Assembly (NCBI GenBank): GCA_963701095.1
Contig: OY969564.1
Location: forward strand, 2,496,001 to 2,560,000
Direction: 5' to 3'
DNA: 64,000 bases
From: an uncultured Methanoregulaceae archaeon
Lineage (GTDB): Archaea > Halobacteriota > Methanomicrobia > Methanomicrobiales > Methanospirillaceae
Position numbers and translations under genes: made by a program. Position 1 is the first letter of the stretch. Each line of letters starts with the position of its first letter. Positions 9,915 through 20,704 of this stretch are shown piece after piece. Under the pieces are notes generated by a model. The model saw only the letters and a list, made by a program, of their open reading frames with translations, did not search any database and was not told the origin of the DNA.

Positions 9915-12900
9915 GGATTATTCTTGGTATTTTTCAGACGGAAGATAAACTCAGTTCCTTTATCCCGTTGAATCGAAATCTCGGCCAGCAGCTGGTGTCG
10001 GGAAAGGAAGTTCACCAGCTTAAGGCCAAGTGATTTTGAGGAGAAGGGATCAAAACTTTCCGGAAATCCGCATCCATTATCGGAAACTCTCAACACATCG
10101 GTTCCATCTTCCTTAGCAAGAGAGACCCGGATTGTGCACGGTGCTCCGCGAAGCGCCATACAGTCAAAATCCGGTGGGAATGCGTACTTGAACGAATTTG
10201 TTACCAGTTCGTTGATAATCAGCCCAGCCGTTGTTGCCCGGTCAATACTCAGGGTTCCATCAACTCCGACATATATTTTAATGTCAGAGCGTATTCCGTA
10301 CGATTGGGCAATCTGATCGACAAGATTTTTTAGGTAGATGCTCATATCCACATTTGAAAATTTCCCGGTCCGGTAAAGGGTCTCATGGATCAGAGCCATG
10401 CTCCGGGCCCGGTTCTGGAGGTCTTTACGTAATGCACGCCCGCTTTCGGAGTCCTCATACGAACCATCAAGACTCAGAAGCGAGATGAACGCGGTTAGGT
10501 TATTCTTGACCCGGTGGTGAATCTCGGAGAGAAGGACCTCTTTTTCGGCAAGTGCCGTTTGTAGTTCCTTTTCCCGAAGGGCAAGTTCTTCGACATTTTG
10601 GTGAAGTTCCTCTTCTGATGCTGTGAGTTCTTCGTTTATTTCATTGAGTTCTGCATTTTTACGGATTACTTCATTTTCGGCTTTCTTTCTTTCGGTGATA
10701 TCGTGAGAGATCGCACCTACACCATATATCTGGCCATGAATGTCCACGAGCGGAAACTTGTTTGAGAGGAAGATATGGTGACGGTCCGGGAGATCAGCCT
10801 CTTCTTCAATTTGGATTGGTTTACCCGTGTTTACTACTTTTTTGTCGTGAGATCTCCAATAATCAGCCAACTCCTTTGGTGCAATGTCATAATCGGTTTT
10901 GCCTTTCAGCTCTTGCCTTGACTTTCCAAGCATTCTCTCCAGAGCTGAATTGATTGAAATGAACTTTCCCTCGAGATCTTTGAGAAAAATCGGAGAAGGA
11001 CTGCCTTCCATAACCTCTTCCAGGAGCCGGATGTTATTCTGCAACGCTTCCTCTCCTTTTTTGATATCCGTAATATCACGGCCGACCACTACCGAACCAA
11101 CGATTGACGCGTTTTTGTCACGGATCGGGCCGAAGCTATAACTTCCCACCCAGGTCTCACCCGTATCCTTCCGCTTGAGCCGGTATTCGATGTTAGTGGC
11201 AGATTCACCTCGCAACGCCCGCGGAACTGCCCACATATCAAGTGGTGCCAGAGTTCCATCTGCCATATACACATCAAGGAACTCAGGATATTCTGAAAGG
11301 GTTGTAGCGCATTCGTCCCGGTTCCGGAACTTGTGGAACGTGGCAAATGCATCGTTGAATTGGATGAAACGCCCCTTAGTATCTGATATAAACACGGCAT
11401 CAGTCATACTATCCAGCGCTGCATCCAGTTTCGCCCTCGTTTCCCGGAGGGCTTCTTCAGTTTTCTTGAGATCCGTGATGTCACGATTGGTTTCCAGCAC
11501 TAAATCGAAGCCATCACTGTCATGGATAAGCTGATGCCTGGAATTGACAATTATCTCACGGCCATCTTCAGTACGGTGGCGAAGCTCACCCTCCCACATG
11601 CCTTTTTCCCGAATCTCGGTCTCGATCTGGTCCCACGGTTTGGGGTGAATGGTTGCCAGTAATTTGTGAGTGATCTTGCCACACACTTCATTTTCAGTGT
11701 ACCCATACAACAGCTCGGCACCACGATTCCAGCTCTCGATGCCACCATCCAGGCGCCACACAATAATGGCATCGTACGACAGCCTCAGAAGTTCGGCCTG
11801 ACGACGCTGTATCGCCTCAGAACGCGTGAGTTCTTCGAGATTTTGGCGCATTTCTTCCTGTATAGAGCTGAGCTCTTCATTGAGTTCATTGAGATTGTCT
11901 CTTTCCAGCCTCAATTCAAATTCAGCTTTTTTGAGTCCGGTAATATCCATACCGTAAATTCGCACCCGCTGAATTTCCGGCAGATAATGAATTGACTGCT
12001 GATAGCACCGGTCACCTACCCAGACTTCCCGAAACGTCAAATTCGTCGTACCTTGGATCAATTCTGTGAAAGTACTCTCAAGATTTGCTAAGAATGGGTG
12101 ATTATTCATCTGAAGATCGGGAAACAGCCCTACAGCTGAAGGATTGTTGTACAGGATATGGCCACTAACGTCAATCTCGATAATCGGGTTTGTGTTCTTT
12201 TCCGGAAACGATGATAACCGCAGGAGGCTCGCCTCCGTTCTTTTACGTTCGGTGAGGTCACGCAGGATGCAGGTACTTATCCACGTACCTGCTACCAGGT
12301 TCCAGGAACACGCTAGTTCCAGGGGGAATAAATTGCCCTCTTTTCTCCTGGCTGAAATCTCCACTGATTTTGGAGTAGGGGACCTCGTTTCAGGAGGTTC
12401 CGGGTTCGGGAAACTGTTTTTTACGACGTTTGTGAATTCGTCCGGGATAACCCTGTGAAAAAAAGAGGATCCTGTTGCTTCGGCTGATGTGTATCCGAAC
12501 ATCTTTTCAGCGGCCCGGTTCCATACGATTATCCTGTCCTCAGAATCAAAGACTACGATGGCGTCAGTTGCAGTATCAATGAGCGTCTTGTAATTCGTCT
12601 CGGATTCACCAAAGAACCGGGATAACATTTCGCTGACCTGAATGCCAGTTCGATGAGCGCTTATGTTAAGGGAAATAAATGCGATAAGAAGATAGGCTCC
12701 CCCAATATACTGGGCTGACCTTCCGATCCAACCAAGTGGGCTACCGAGTACTGAAGGGAAATGGACTGCGAGGAGACCAAGCCCGATCAGTTCCATTCCG
12801 ATCGAGTACCAGAAGAAAAAATTCTCATGTTTCTTGAAATACAACCAGAGGAGAATCCCTGCTGAAAGGACGAAGAATTCAATCGCACTGGTGATGATGA

Positions 12901-13429
12901 ATTCACGAAGCGCCGTAAAGCCGATACCCTGAATAAAAAAGGGGGGGACTGCCCCGAGCACGGCAGCAATCGAAAAAAGGGAAAATCCGAGAATACATCC
13001 GCTGTAGAGGATCGTTATCTTAGAAACATCACTCCGTCGTTGTTTTGGCATTGTTCCGGAGAGTGCTATCAGAATTCCGATTAGTTGAAAAAAAGCGCCG
13101 ATGCAGAATCCGGTGTTCTGGACAGTAACATTGGCATTCATGGAGTTCGGCAGGTAGTTGACGATCCCGGCAATAATCGCTCCAAGACCGATCATCAGCA
13201 TACCTGTTCCCTTCAGCAGCACGCCGTTAGAACCGCTCACCCTGAAGGATTTGTACGCAATATACGCGGCATACAGAGGGATCAGGCCAAGGAACAGCGC
13301 GTTGAACACCAGGAGCAGAATTGGCGGATTGAATGAAGTACTAATATTCAGAATCAGGAAAATGGTGATAAGAATAATAAAGACCGGGATGAGCAGCAGC
13401 GACAGAAATTTCCGGGTATCAAGGGTCAT
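9911..13429 (-). CDS. Membrane sensor + multi-PAS histidine kinase (HisKA_2 type)
   Basis: About 8 TM helices, several PAS/PAC units, EIHHRVKNNL, NELVTNS, DNGCG. Confidence 0.93.
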   Translation of the reverse strand: MTLDTRKFLSLLLIPVFIILITIFLILNISTSFNPPILLLVFNALFLGLIPLYAAYIAYKSFRVSGSNGVLLKGTGMLMIGLGAIIAGIVNYLPNSMNANVTVQNTGFCIGAFFQLIGILIALSGTMPKQRRSDVSKITILYSGCILGFSLFSIAAVLGAVPPFFIQGIGFTALREFIITSAIEFFVLSAGILLWLYFKKHENFFFWYSIGMELIGLGLLAVHFPSVLGSPLGWIGRSAQYIGGAYLLIAFISLNISAHRTGIQVSEMLSRFFGESETNYKTLIDTATDAIVVFDSEDRIIVWNRAAEKMFGYTSAEATGSSFFHRVIPDEFTNVVKNSFPNPEPPETRSPTPKSVEISARRKEGNLFPLELACSWNLVAGTWISTCILRDLTERKRTEASLLRLSSFPEKNTNPIIEIDVSGHILYNNPSAVGLFPDLQMNNHPFLANLESTFTELIQGTTNLTFREVWVGDRCYQQSIHYLPEIQRVRIYGMDITGLKKAEFELRLERDNLNELNEELSSIQEEMRQNLEELTRSEAIQRRQAELLRLSYDAIIVWRLDGGIESWNRGAELLYGYTENEVCGKITHKLLATIHPKPWDQIETEIREKGMWEGELRHRTEDGREIIVNSRHQLIHDSDGFDLVLETNRDITDLKKTEEALRETRAKLDAALDSMTDAVFISDTKGRFIQFNDAFATFHKFRNRDECATTLSEYPEFLDVYMADGTLAPLDMWAVPRALRGESATNIEYRLKRKDTGETWVGSYSFGPIRDKNASIVGSVVVGRDITDIKKGEEALQNNIRLLEEVMEGSPSPIFLKDLEGKFISINSALERMLGKSRQELKGKTDYDIAPKELADYWRSHDKKVVNTGKPIQIEEEADLPDRHHIFLSNKFPLVDIHGQIYGVGAISHDITERKKAENEVIRKNAELNEINEELTASEEELHQNVEELALREKELQTALAEKEVLLSEIHHRVKNNLTAFISLLSLDGSYEDSESGRALRKDLQNRARSMALIHETLYRTGKFSNVDMSIYLKNLVDQIAQSYGIRSDIKIYVGVDGTLSIDRATTAGLIINELVTNSFKYAFPPDFDCMALRGAPCTIRVSLAKEDGTDVLRVSDNGCGFPESFDPFSSKSLGLKLVNFLSRHQLLAEISIQRDKGTEFIFRLKNTKNNP

Positions 13430-13836
13430 TGATATAAGTCCGTGAAAACATCTTCCGAGATGAAATTTTTATATTTTTTGATATTTTACATCTTAATGGA
13501 TAAAGATATTTATTTAAACATTTATGCTGCGCCAGATTTGAAGGTCCGATCACTTCCTACGCCTCATGGCCTAACCCTAATCCTGCTTAACAGGAGAGCG
13601 AACCGGTGCTATGCCGATCGAGATTCAAGGGTGTGTTGTAAATGGTCAAAGACGCATTCGAGCGTAGGCTGTGGCGTTTCTCCGCACTTGTGGAGATTCT
13701 CAAGCGTTAGGATCAATAAAAAATATACGAGAAAGAATGGGATCCTTGATTTGATATATCTGATAAAAGGATGTTTTATCAGACGGTTTACGGACAATTC
13801 GATAACATTATCATGTCAATTATAGAATAGCGCTTT

Positions 13837-14562
13837 ATGATTATGCCGGCTCGGCTTTCCCTCATTGAACTCCTTGATATGTCGGACCCTGATATCGTCC
13901 AAATCATCAATACTTTTGTCACTCATTTCAACAAAGCCTATGGCCATACGGGTACGGATCGATGGGATATTTCCAAGGAAGACTGGGAGCGGTATGAATT
14001 CCTTGGTGACCGGGTGATTAACCTGGTTATTGCCCAGAACCTCTTTACCCGGCGCAATTCAGTCCTGAACGAAGGGGAGATGACAAAAATGTTGAGTTCT
14101 GTCGTGTCCAACGAATCGCTTTCTGCTCTCGTCTTGAGACTTGATTCTTTGGGATTTGAACGGCTGGTCCCGGCATCTATCGCTGTACAGGATAGTTATG
14201 GAAAGCGAATTATCGGAGGAACATTCGAGGCATTCATTGGTGCTCTGTACTGTGAGATCGGACTTGACGATGTCGCTTATTTCATTAACACTATAATGGC
14301 AAAATCACTCGACGATTATAACCCAAAAAGTAATGCAGTCGGCATTTTGCAGGAACATTTCCAGAAACTCTTCAAATCTACGCCATTCTACCGTGAGAAA
14401 AACCGCACCGGGCCAGACCATAAGCCTGTCTTTACGTACGAGGTTCTTTTCAATAACGAAGTTCTTGGCGAAGGATGCAGCGATAGTGTCCAGCAGGCGC
14501 AACAAGCTGCGGCAAACCGGGCGCTCCAAAATCTCGGCCTGATGGATCACTCTCCGTCTTAA
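13837..14562 (+). CDS. rnc: Ribonuclease III (bacterial type) with C-terminal dsRBD
   Basis: ERYEFLGD signature, EGEMT, FEAFIGALY, and dsRBD LQE...GPDH..F....G.....AQQAAA. Confidence 0.9.
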   Translation: MIMPARLSLIELLDMSDPDIVQIINTFVTHFNKAYGHTGTDRWDISKEDWERYEFLGDRVINLVIAQNLFTRRNSVLNEGEMTKMLSSVVSNESLSALVLRLDSLGFERLVPASIAVQDSYGKRIIGGTFEAFIGALYCEIGLDDVAYFINTIMAKSLDDYNPKSNAVGILQEHFQKLFKSTPFYREKNRTGPDHKPVFTYEVLFNNEVLGEGCSDSVQQAQQAAANRALQNLGLMDHSPS

Positions 14563-14615
14563 AACTTCGAAAAAATCGTATGAACTGGTGAAATATCGAC
14601 AAAGCAACTTAACCT

Positions 14616-15404
14616 TCAGGAAGAAAAAAACTCAATGAGCACAGGAGCGAGGACTGCTTGATCATATTCGTGAGTCTGGCCTTCCAGTGTTCGATACTGC
14701 GCACGGGGAGCTGCATCCTTAACTCCTTTTGCGGCATTACGCATGAAAAGAGGGCTTGCTCCTCCATCTATGACAAGGAGAGGTATAGTAACGGATGCAA
14801 CGAGTTTTTCCGGCAAAGAACCATCACCCATGATTTCATTATCATACGCAAGTGTCGGTGCTACGGACTCAAACATTGACCATGCAGGTGTTTGTTTCAT
14901 CACGGCAATTATGTTGGGAGGAGTCCCCCAGCTCCTCCTGGCAAGTTCAACAGCCTCACTCCGGCGGTTCTCCAGCAACAGGAGGTTCAGCTGTTTTGTG
15001 TAGCGTTCTGCCGCTTTGCGGGCGTCATCATTCCCGGAGTTGAATGGAGGCTCATACACCGCCAGTTTCTTAATATCGAGACCTTGTGCAGCTGCGTGCA
15101 GGGCAAGGACTGCTCCTGACGACATACCGAATAGATATACTGATCTACCGGAATCTTTGATGAGGGCACTGATGTCTTCAATCTCACGATCTACTGCGTA
15201 TGGCTGTGCGTCAGTGCTGTCTCCTCTTCCCCGGCGATCATAGTGATACGTTGTGTAGTATTTGCTCAGAAGTCTGGCAAGCTGTGTCATTCGTGGGTCA
15301 ATTGATCGGGAATGGAAAGCACCACCGACCAAAATAAGGGCCGGGCCTTGGCCAATTTTATCAAAAGCAATCTGTGTACCATCTTTTGAAATTACCGTTT
15401 GCAT
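14616..15404 (-). CDS. Alpha/beta hydrolase
   Basis: Start moved to MQTVISKDG; YDRRGRGDS, nucleophile elbow GMSSG, LEGQTH. Confidence 0.88.
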   Translation of the reverse strand: MQTVISKDGTQIAFDKIGQGPALILVGGAFHSRSIDPRMTQLARLLSKYYTTYHYDRRGRGDSTDAQPYAVDREIEDISALIKDSGRSVYLFGMSSGAVLALHAAAQGLDIKKLAVYEPPFNSGNDDARKAAERYTKQLNLLLLENRRSEAVELARRSWGTPPNIIAVMKQTPAWSMFESVAPTLAYDNEIMGDGSLPEKLVASVTIPLLVIDGGASPLFMRNAAKGVKDAAPRAQYRTLEGQTHEYDQAVLAPVLIEFFSS

Positions 15405-15695
15405 GTAAGCCTCAACAGATTTGTTTTTTGGATAGATACAAAAAACTTTTATTAATATTTTTTCCATGCGGGTACTGTCAAGTTTGCATTTCTGAACTTT
15501 AACACTCCGAAGAAACTTGACAACCTGCCGAAGATTTGGAAGTAATCTCCTCTCCCGTATGCACATGGAGAGAATAGAATTCAGTGAAGTGCGTTCCGTG
15601 ATATCTGCGGGAATGTTAAAAAACAGTCAATATTGAGGATAACGACGATGTCATCTTTCTTTAAGCCCCTTGGACGAATAGCACTGAAAAAAGTA

Positions 15696-17750
15696 TCAAA
15701 ACTTTTCCGGGAACGTGATCGTGAATGTAGTGCCTTGCTGGGAAGTGATGGTGATCTCCCCGCCAAGCTGGCGCACCAGTACCTGCACTAGTTGCATTCC
15801 AAGCGTAGCTGTACTCTTGAGATCAAAATTTTTTGGAAGACCTGTTCCGTTATCACTGACTTTAAGTGTGAAACGATGATCCGGGGAAAGATGCAGGGAT
15901 ATGCCGAGTGTCCCGGAAGATCTCCCCTTGAATGCATACTTCAGTGAATTAGTTAGCAATTCATTGATAATCAACCCGCAGGGAATTGCCGTATCGAGAT
16001 TAATATTGATATTCTCGACATCAACTTCAAATTTAACCTCAGTCTGAACGACGTAAGATTCCTGAAGCTCTGAAGTGAGACTTTTTAGGTATTCGGCAAC
16101 ATTGATGAACCCGAGGTGCTTTGATTGATAGAGTTTCTCATGGACCAGTGCCATGGATCTCACACGTCGCTGGCATTCTTCGAGCTTTTCGGCAGATTCG
16201 GGATCTTTAATATAATTAGTCTGAAGCTGGAGGAACCCAGAGATTACCTGCATGTTGTTTTTGACCCGGTGGTGAACTTCTTTGATGATAACTTCTTTCT
16301 CCCGGACGGATGTCTCGAGCTGGTTTTCATACTGCCGCCGGTCGGTGATATCCAGATGAATGCCTACAAAGGATGTGATCTTTCCAGAACTGTCACGGAT
16401 CGGAGAACCACGGCTTAAGATAAAATGTTCCTGGCCGGTTTTATCAAAAATCCGGTACTCGTAATCCCAGAATCCTCCAGTCTGAACGGTCTGCATCCAG
16501 TCATTCTTTGTTCGCTCTGCATCTTCGGGAGAAAGTTGTCTCATCCATGCGTGGTTCTTACAATCCTCCTGTTTCATTCCAATAAGCGCAAGGAAGGATT
16601 CCGAACAATAAGTAAACTGGCCGGAGGCATCACAGATCCAGACCCCATAGGGAATGAGTTCTCCCGTCATACGAAAACGCTGCTCACGTTCCCGGATCGA
16701 CGTTTCCGCTCGTTTCCGCTCCGATATATCGCGTATGATGCAGATCACGGCAGGGTGGCCATGATAATCGATGCGGCTGCTGCTGATCTCCGTAGGAATC
16801 TCACTTCCGAATCGGTTACGGTGGATTGTCTCGTAAATCAGTGACCCTTTGACTTCCATTTCTTTTATATTGGCACGTGTTCTTTCTGCGCACGGTGAAA
16901 TACCAAGATCCATAATGCGCATTTTTTTGAGTTCATCTAATGAGTACCCGGAACTCTGGCAGGCAATCTTGTTTGCATCAAGGATGATTCCGTCCATATT
17001 ATGGATGACTATTGCGTCGCCAGCCTGATCAAAAAGGAGCTGGTATTGGACTTCGGATTCACGAAGCTTGTCGCTGACGTTTTTTCGCTCGCTGATATCA
17101 GCTACGAAACATACCACGAGGTTCTCTACGGTGAGCGATGCCGTAACCTGAGCCCAGACCCGGGAACCATCTTTTTTTACAAACTCGATTTCAGCATCGT
17201 TAACCGCACGATCTTGCCGGATCCGGGAGATTAGCGTATGCATTACGTCAGGTTTATCCCAGAGTATTGATATCTCCCGGTTATCCAGATCCCCACTCTC
17301 ATACCCGAGGATATGGTCAAGTCGGGCGTTGTGTTGCTGGATTTTTTGGGATTCAAGATCGAATGTGAAGATTCCCGATTGTGAGTTTACGAAAATATCC
17401 AGGTATTTCCGTTGTCTGACGATCTCATTTGTATATGCGGAGATTAGGACACCCAAAGAGACGAAAACATAGAACCACACGCTGCTGGATGCAAGCAGTT
17501 GCACATTAAATGCGCCATAAAAGTAGACTAGTCCCAGGTACAGCCATCCAAGGATGATAGTAAAATAGACACCTGATCGTGGATATTCGTATGCAACAAG
17601 AATAACCGGCACGATGTATAAATAAGGATAAACATCAACAACACCGCTTTTCAGGCTGAAGATCGTTATCAGAAGAGTGCTCAAAGTAAGAAGTGCAGCG
17701 ACAATAATAATAATTAATCGAGACCTGGAGATTTCAGCCAATTTTACCAA
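15696..17750 (-). CDS. Membrane multi-PAS histidine kinase (HisKA_2 type)
   Basis: N-terminal TM helices, 3 PAS, EVHHRVKNNMQ, NELLTNS, DNGTG. Confidence 0.93.
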   Translation of the reverse strand: MVKLAEISRSRLIIIIVAALLTLSTLLITIFSLKSGVVDVYPYLYIVPVILVAYEYPRSGVYFTIILGWLYLGLVYFYGAFNVQLLASSSVWFYVFVSLGVLISAYTNEIVRQRKYLDIFVNSQSGIFTFDLESQKIQQHNARLDHILGYESGDLDNREISILWDKPDVMHTLISRIRQDRAVNDAEIEFVKKDGSRVWAQVTASLTVENLVVCFVADISERKNVSDKLRESEVQYQLLFDQAGDAIVIHNMDGIILDANKIACQSSGYSLDELKKMRIMDLGISPCAERTRANIKEMEVKGSLIYETIHRNRFGSEIPTEISSSRIDYHGHPAVICIIRDISERKRAETSIREREQRFRMTGELIPYGVWICDASGQFTYCSESFLALIGMKQEDCKNHAWMRQLSPEDAERTKNDWMQTVQTGGFWDYEYRIFDKTGQEHFILSRGSPIRDSSGKITSFVGIHLDITDRRQYENQLETSVREKEVIIKEVHHRVKNNMQVISGFLQLQTNYIKDPESAEKLEECQRRVRSMALVHEKLYQSKHLGFINVAEYLKSLTSELQESYVVQTEVKFEVDVENININLDTAIPCGLIINELLTNSLKYAFKGRSSGTLGISLHLSPDHRFTLKVSDNGTGLPKNFDLKSTATLGMQLVQVLVRQLGGEITITSQQGTTFTITFPEKF

Positions 17751-17946
17751 TCCTTTTCAGGTCCGGTGATTAGTTTGTCCATGATACCTACAATCCCCTC
17801 GTTCTCTCATCAGTGTCAGAGTATTATATAGTTTTATATAAATCAGAAGCGACGGTTACTCTAGGGTACTATAAGGTTCGTGGAACGGGAAATTCCAGAT
17901 ATCCCGTATCTTAAACCCCAAAACAACAGAAGGAATTCGTGGGAAC

Positions 17947-18716
17947 ATGCAACAAAAGAAAGTACTTATTGTCGAGGACGAAGGGGTCGTGGCCCTGTCG
18001 CTCCAGTCCATCCTGACAAAAATGGGATATACCGTTGTCGGGAATGCAATTACCGGGGATGAAGCGATTGCGCTGGCCCGGGATCATCGTCCTGATGTCA
18101 TCCTTATGGACATCCATATCAAGGGATCCTTGGATGGTATCCAGACGACAGAAAAGATCAACGAGTTTTCCGATGTGCCAGTAATCTACCTGACGGCGTA
18201 TGCCGATGACGAGACCGTCAGCCGTGCAATCAAGACACGGTCCCACAGTTACCTGGTTAAACCGGTAAACCAGCGGGAACTGTATTCCAATATCGAATTT
18301 GCGATCTACAAGCGCCGGTCAGAGACCGGGCAGGGACATCACAGGAAAACCTCGAACTTTTCCTAACCAATATAAAAGAGGCAGGATTTATCATTAACCT
18401 GAAGAACCGGATCGTTTTTTCCAATTCTGCTGCCGAAGTGCTGACCGGATACAAGGCGGAAGAAATGAAGGAAATGAATTTCTTCGACCTCATGAACTTG
18501 GCCCCTTCCCAAAGGGGAGATGCCGGAGATGAGACGATACAGAAGATTCTCGATCTCGAGGCAATTGATTATCTCCCACCAATTGCAACGTTCTCAGCAA
18601 AAAGTGGTAAACGGAGAACTGCACTCATCAGGGCCGGTATGATCCGGGAGGATAAAGACGAGCACAAGAATGTCTTTATCCTGGTTAAAGAGATGGATCC
18701 TGCGGATTATTCATAG
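17947..18716 (+). CDS. Receiver + PAS protein (frameshift near 18318)
   Basis: Receiver ORF 17947-18366 continues in another frame as ...ENLELFLTNIKEAGFIINLKNRIVFSNSAAEVLTGY into ORF 18438-18716. Confidence 0.8.
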
Positions 18717-18760
18717 TAAAAACCCTTTTACGAGAGAATATCGTGAATGAGTGGGATCCC

Positions 18761-20572
18761 TTATCCTTCAATATTGTAATGTTTCCGCAAAAACATTCTG
18801 ATTTTTTCCGATTCGAGATACCCTTTGTCCATTCGGTCAAGAATGAATTGGATCTCTTGTGATCGTTCGACGATTTTGCGCGAATGCTCATCATCGCAAA
18901 GACCGGCCAGCATCATAATGACCGTAAGGGGGTTACGGATGTGATCATTAAGCGTCGCAAACTGCTGGAGGTTCTGTTCAATCTGACGATATAACGTGCG
19001 CTGTTGTTCTTCGATCTCTTTGTTACGGGTAATATCCCGTCCCACGGACTGGTATTCAGTTATATTCCCGGCTGCATCGAAAAATGCCCGGTTGCTCCAT
19101 TGTTGCCAGACAACTGCACCATCACTCATGATACAACGGTATTCGATGAGGCCAATCGGATGATCTGGCGTAAGAGATGCAAAATGGGCGTCCAAAACAT
19201 GTTGATCATCCGGATGAACTGGTAGACGGAAAATATAGCCAATCGTTCCCTTTTCTTCAAGAGCAAAATAATCAAGGAATGCCTTGTTTGCAAACAGGAT
19301 CCGCCGGTCTAAACGGAACCGGTAGATCAACTCCGATTGATCCTGAACAACAGCCCGGAACCTTTTCTCGCTTTCTGAAAGTGCTTCTTCGACCCGAACC
19401 CGCTCACTAATGTCCACCATGACACCGATAATCCCCCTCGTCTTAATCTTGCCATCACTGAACGTCGCTTGTCTGATAATCATATCCCGAATCGATGAGT
19501 CCTGATGGGGGAACTTGATCTGGTAGACCTGGATACCCTGGTGACTGATCAGGTACCTATCTTTACTGCTGATCGGTGCAGCTAGTTCGCTTGCAAGAAT
19601 TATATCCGCAGTTTTCCCGATTATGGCATTCCGCGAAAGACCAAAGTAGCTTTCGAATGTCTTGTTACATCCCATATATCGGAGATCATTATCCTTGTAA
19701 TAGACCGGGCTAGGGATTGTATCGATCAGCTGCTGGAGGAATTGAACCTGATGATCAAGTGACGCGGTCCGTTCCTGAACCCTCATTTCCAGTTCCTCGT
19801 TTATATGGCGCAATTTTTCTTCAGCCATCACACGATCCGTGATATCCGTAAGCATGGAAAAGGATCCAGAGAACGCTCCACGCTCATCATAGACCGGAGT
19901 GGCCGAGATATGCATCCATCGTACTGTACTGTCTGGATTCAACATCCGCAAATCGTAGCTTCCAAGTTTCCCGGCTCGTTGCCCCTCCAGTTCACGGGAA
20001 AATATAGGGAGATCCCCTGGGAAGATAAAATCGACAATACGGTGCCCGGTAATCTCATCTAAAGAACGTCCAATAAGATTGGCCATTCGCTGGTTGACAA
20101 GAGTTGTTTTGCCTTCTGCATCGATGCCCCAGATACCTTCATTGGCCGTTTCAACAATACGACGATATTTTTCTTCATTCTCTTTGAGCTGCCGGTCAAG
20201 ACTATATTTGTAAAGGGAGATCTCAATGATTGTATTCAGTTCCCTTTCCTGATAGGGTTTGAGAATATATCCGTAAGGCTGGGTAACCTTGGCCTTCTCC
20301 ATGATAGCCGCATCGGCAAATGCGGTCAGGTAAACTACGGGCACTTTTGAAAATTTCCGTATCTCCTCCGTTGCAGTGAGCCCGTTCATTTCCCCCGCAA
20401 GAAAAATATCCATGAGGACAAGATCGGGATTGGTCTCTCTAGCGAGCCGGACTGCATCTTCACCCGTCCCAGTACTTCCTGCAATATCATAACCAAGCTG
20501 GATGAGAGTCAACCGGAGATCCTCAGCGACAATCCGTTCATCCTCAACAATCAGGATCCGAGCAGCCGTCAT
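18761..20572 (-). CDS. Receiver + 3 PAS + DHp-like tail, no ATPase domain
   Basis: Receiver motifs; three PAS/PAC units; ends FATLNDHIRNPL...HYNIEG without N/G boxes. Confidence 0.88.
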   Translation of the reverse strand: MTAARILIVEDERIVAEDLRLTLIQLGYDIAGSTGTGEDAVRLARETNPDLVLMDIFLAGEMNGLTATEEIRKFSKVPVVYLTAFADAAIMEKAKVTQPYGYILKPYQERELNTIIEISLYKYSLDRQLKENEEKYRRIVETANEGIWGIDAEGKTTLVNQRMANLIGRSLDEITGHRIVDFIFPGDLPIFSRELEGQRAGKLGSYDLRMLNPDSTVRWMHISATPVYDERGAFSGSFSMLTDITDRVMAEEKLRHINEELEMRVQERTASLDHQVQFLQQLIDTIPSPVYYKDNDLRYMGCNKTFESYFGLSRNAIIGKTADIILASELAAPISSKDRYLISHQGIQVYQIKFPHQDSSIRDMIIRQATFSDGKIKTRGIIGVMVDISERVRVEEALSESEKRFRAVVQDQSELIYRFRLDRRILFANKAFLDYFALEEKGTIGYIFRLPVHPDDQHVLDAHFASLTPDHPIGLIEYRCIMSDGAVVWQQWSNRAFFDAAGNITEYQSVGRDITRNKEIEEQQRTLYRQIEQNLQQFATLNDHIRNPLTVIMMLAGLCDDEHSRKIVERSQEIQFILDRMDKGYLESEKIRMFLRKHYNIEG

Positions 20573-20704
20573 AATTCTTAAGTCTCTTTAATATTCTTAT
20601 CGCTTAATAATTCTCTTATTTCCGTCCATTCACCTGAATATCATCTCAACCATGTGTTTTGAAGTAAATCTACCTGAACAATCTCCGAACCCCATATTCC
20701 CAGC

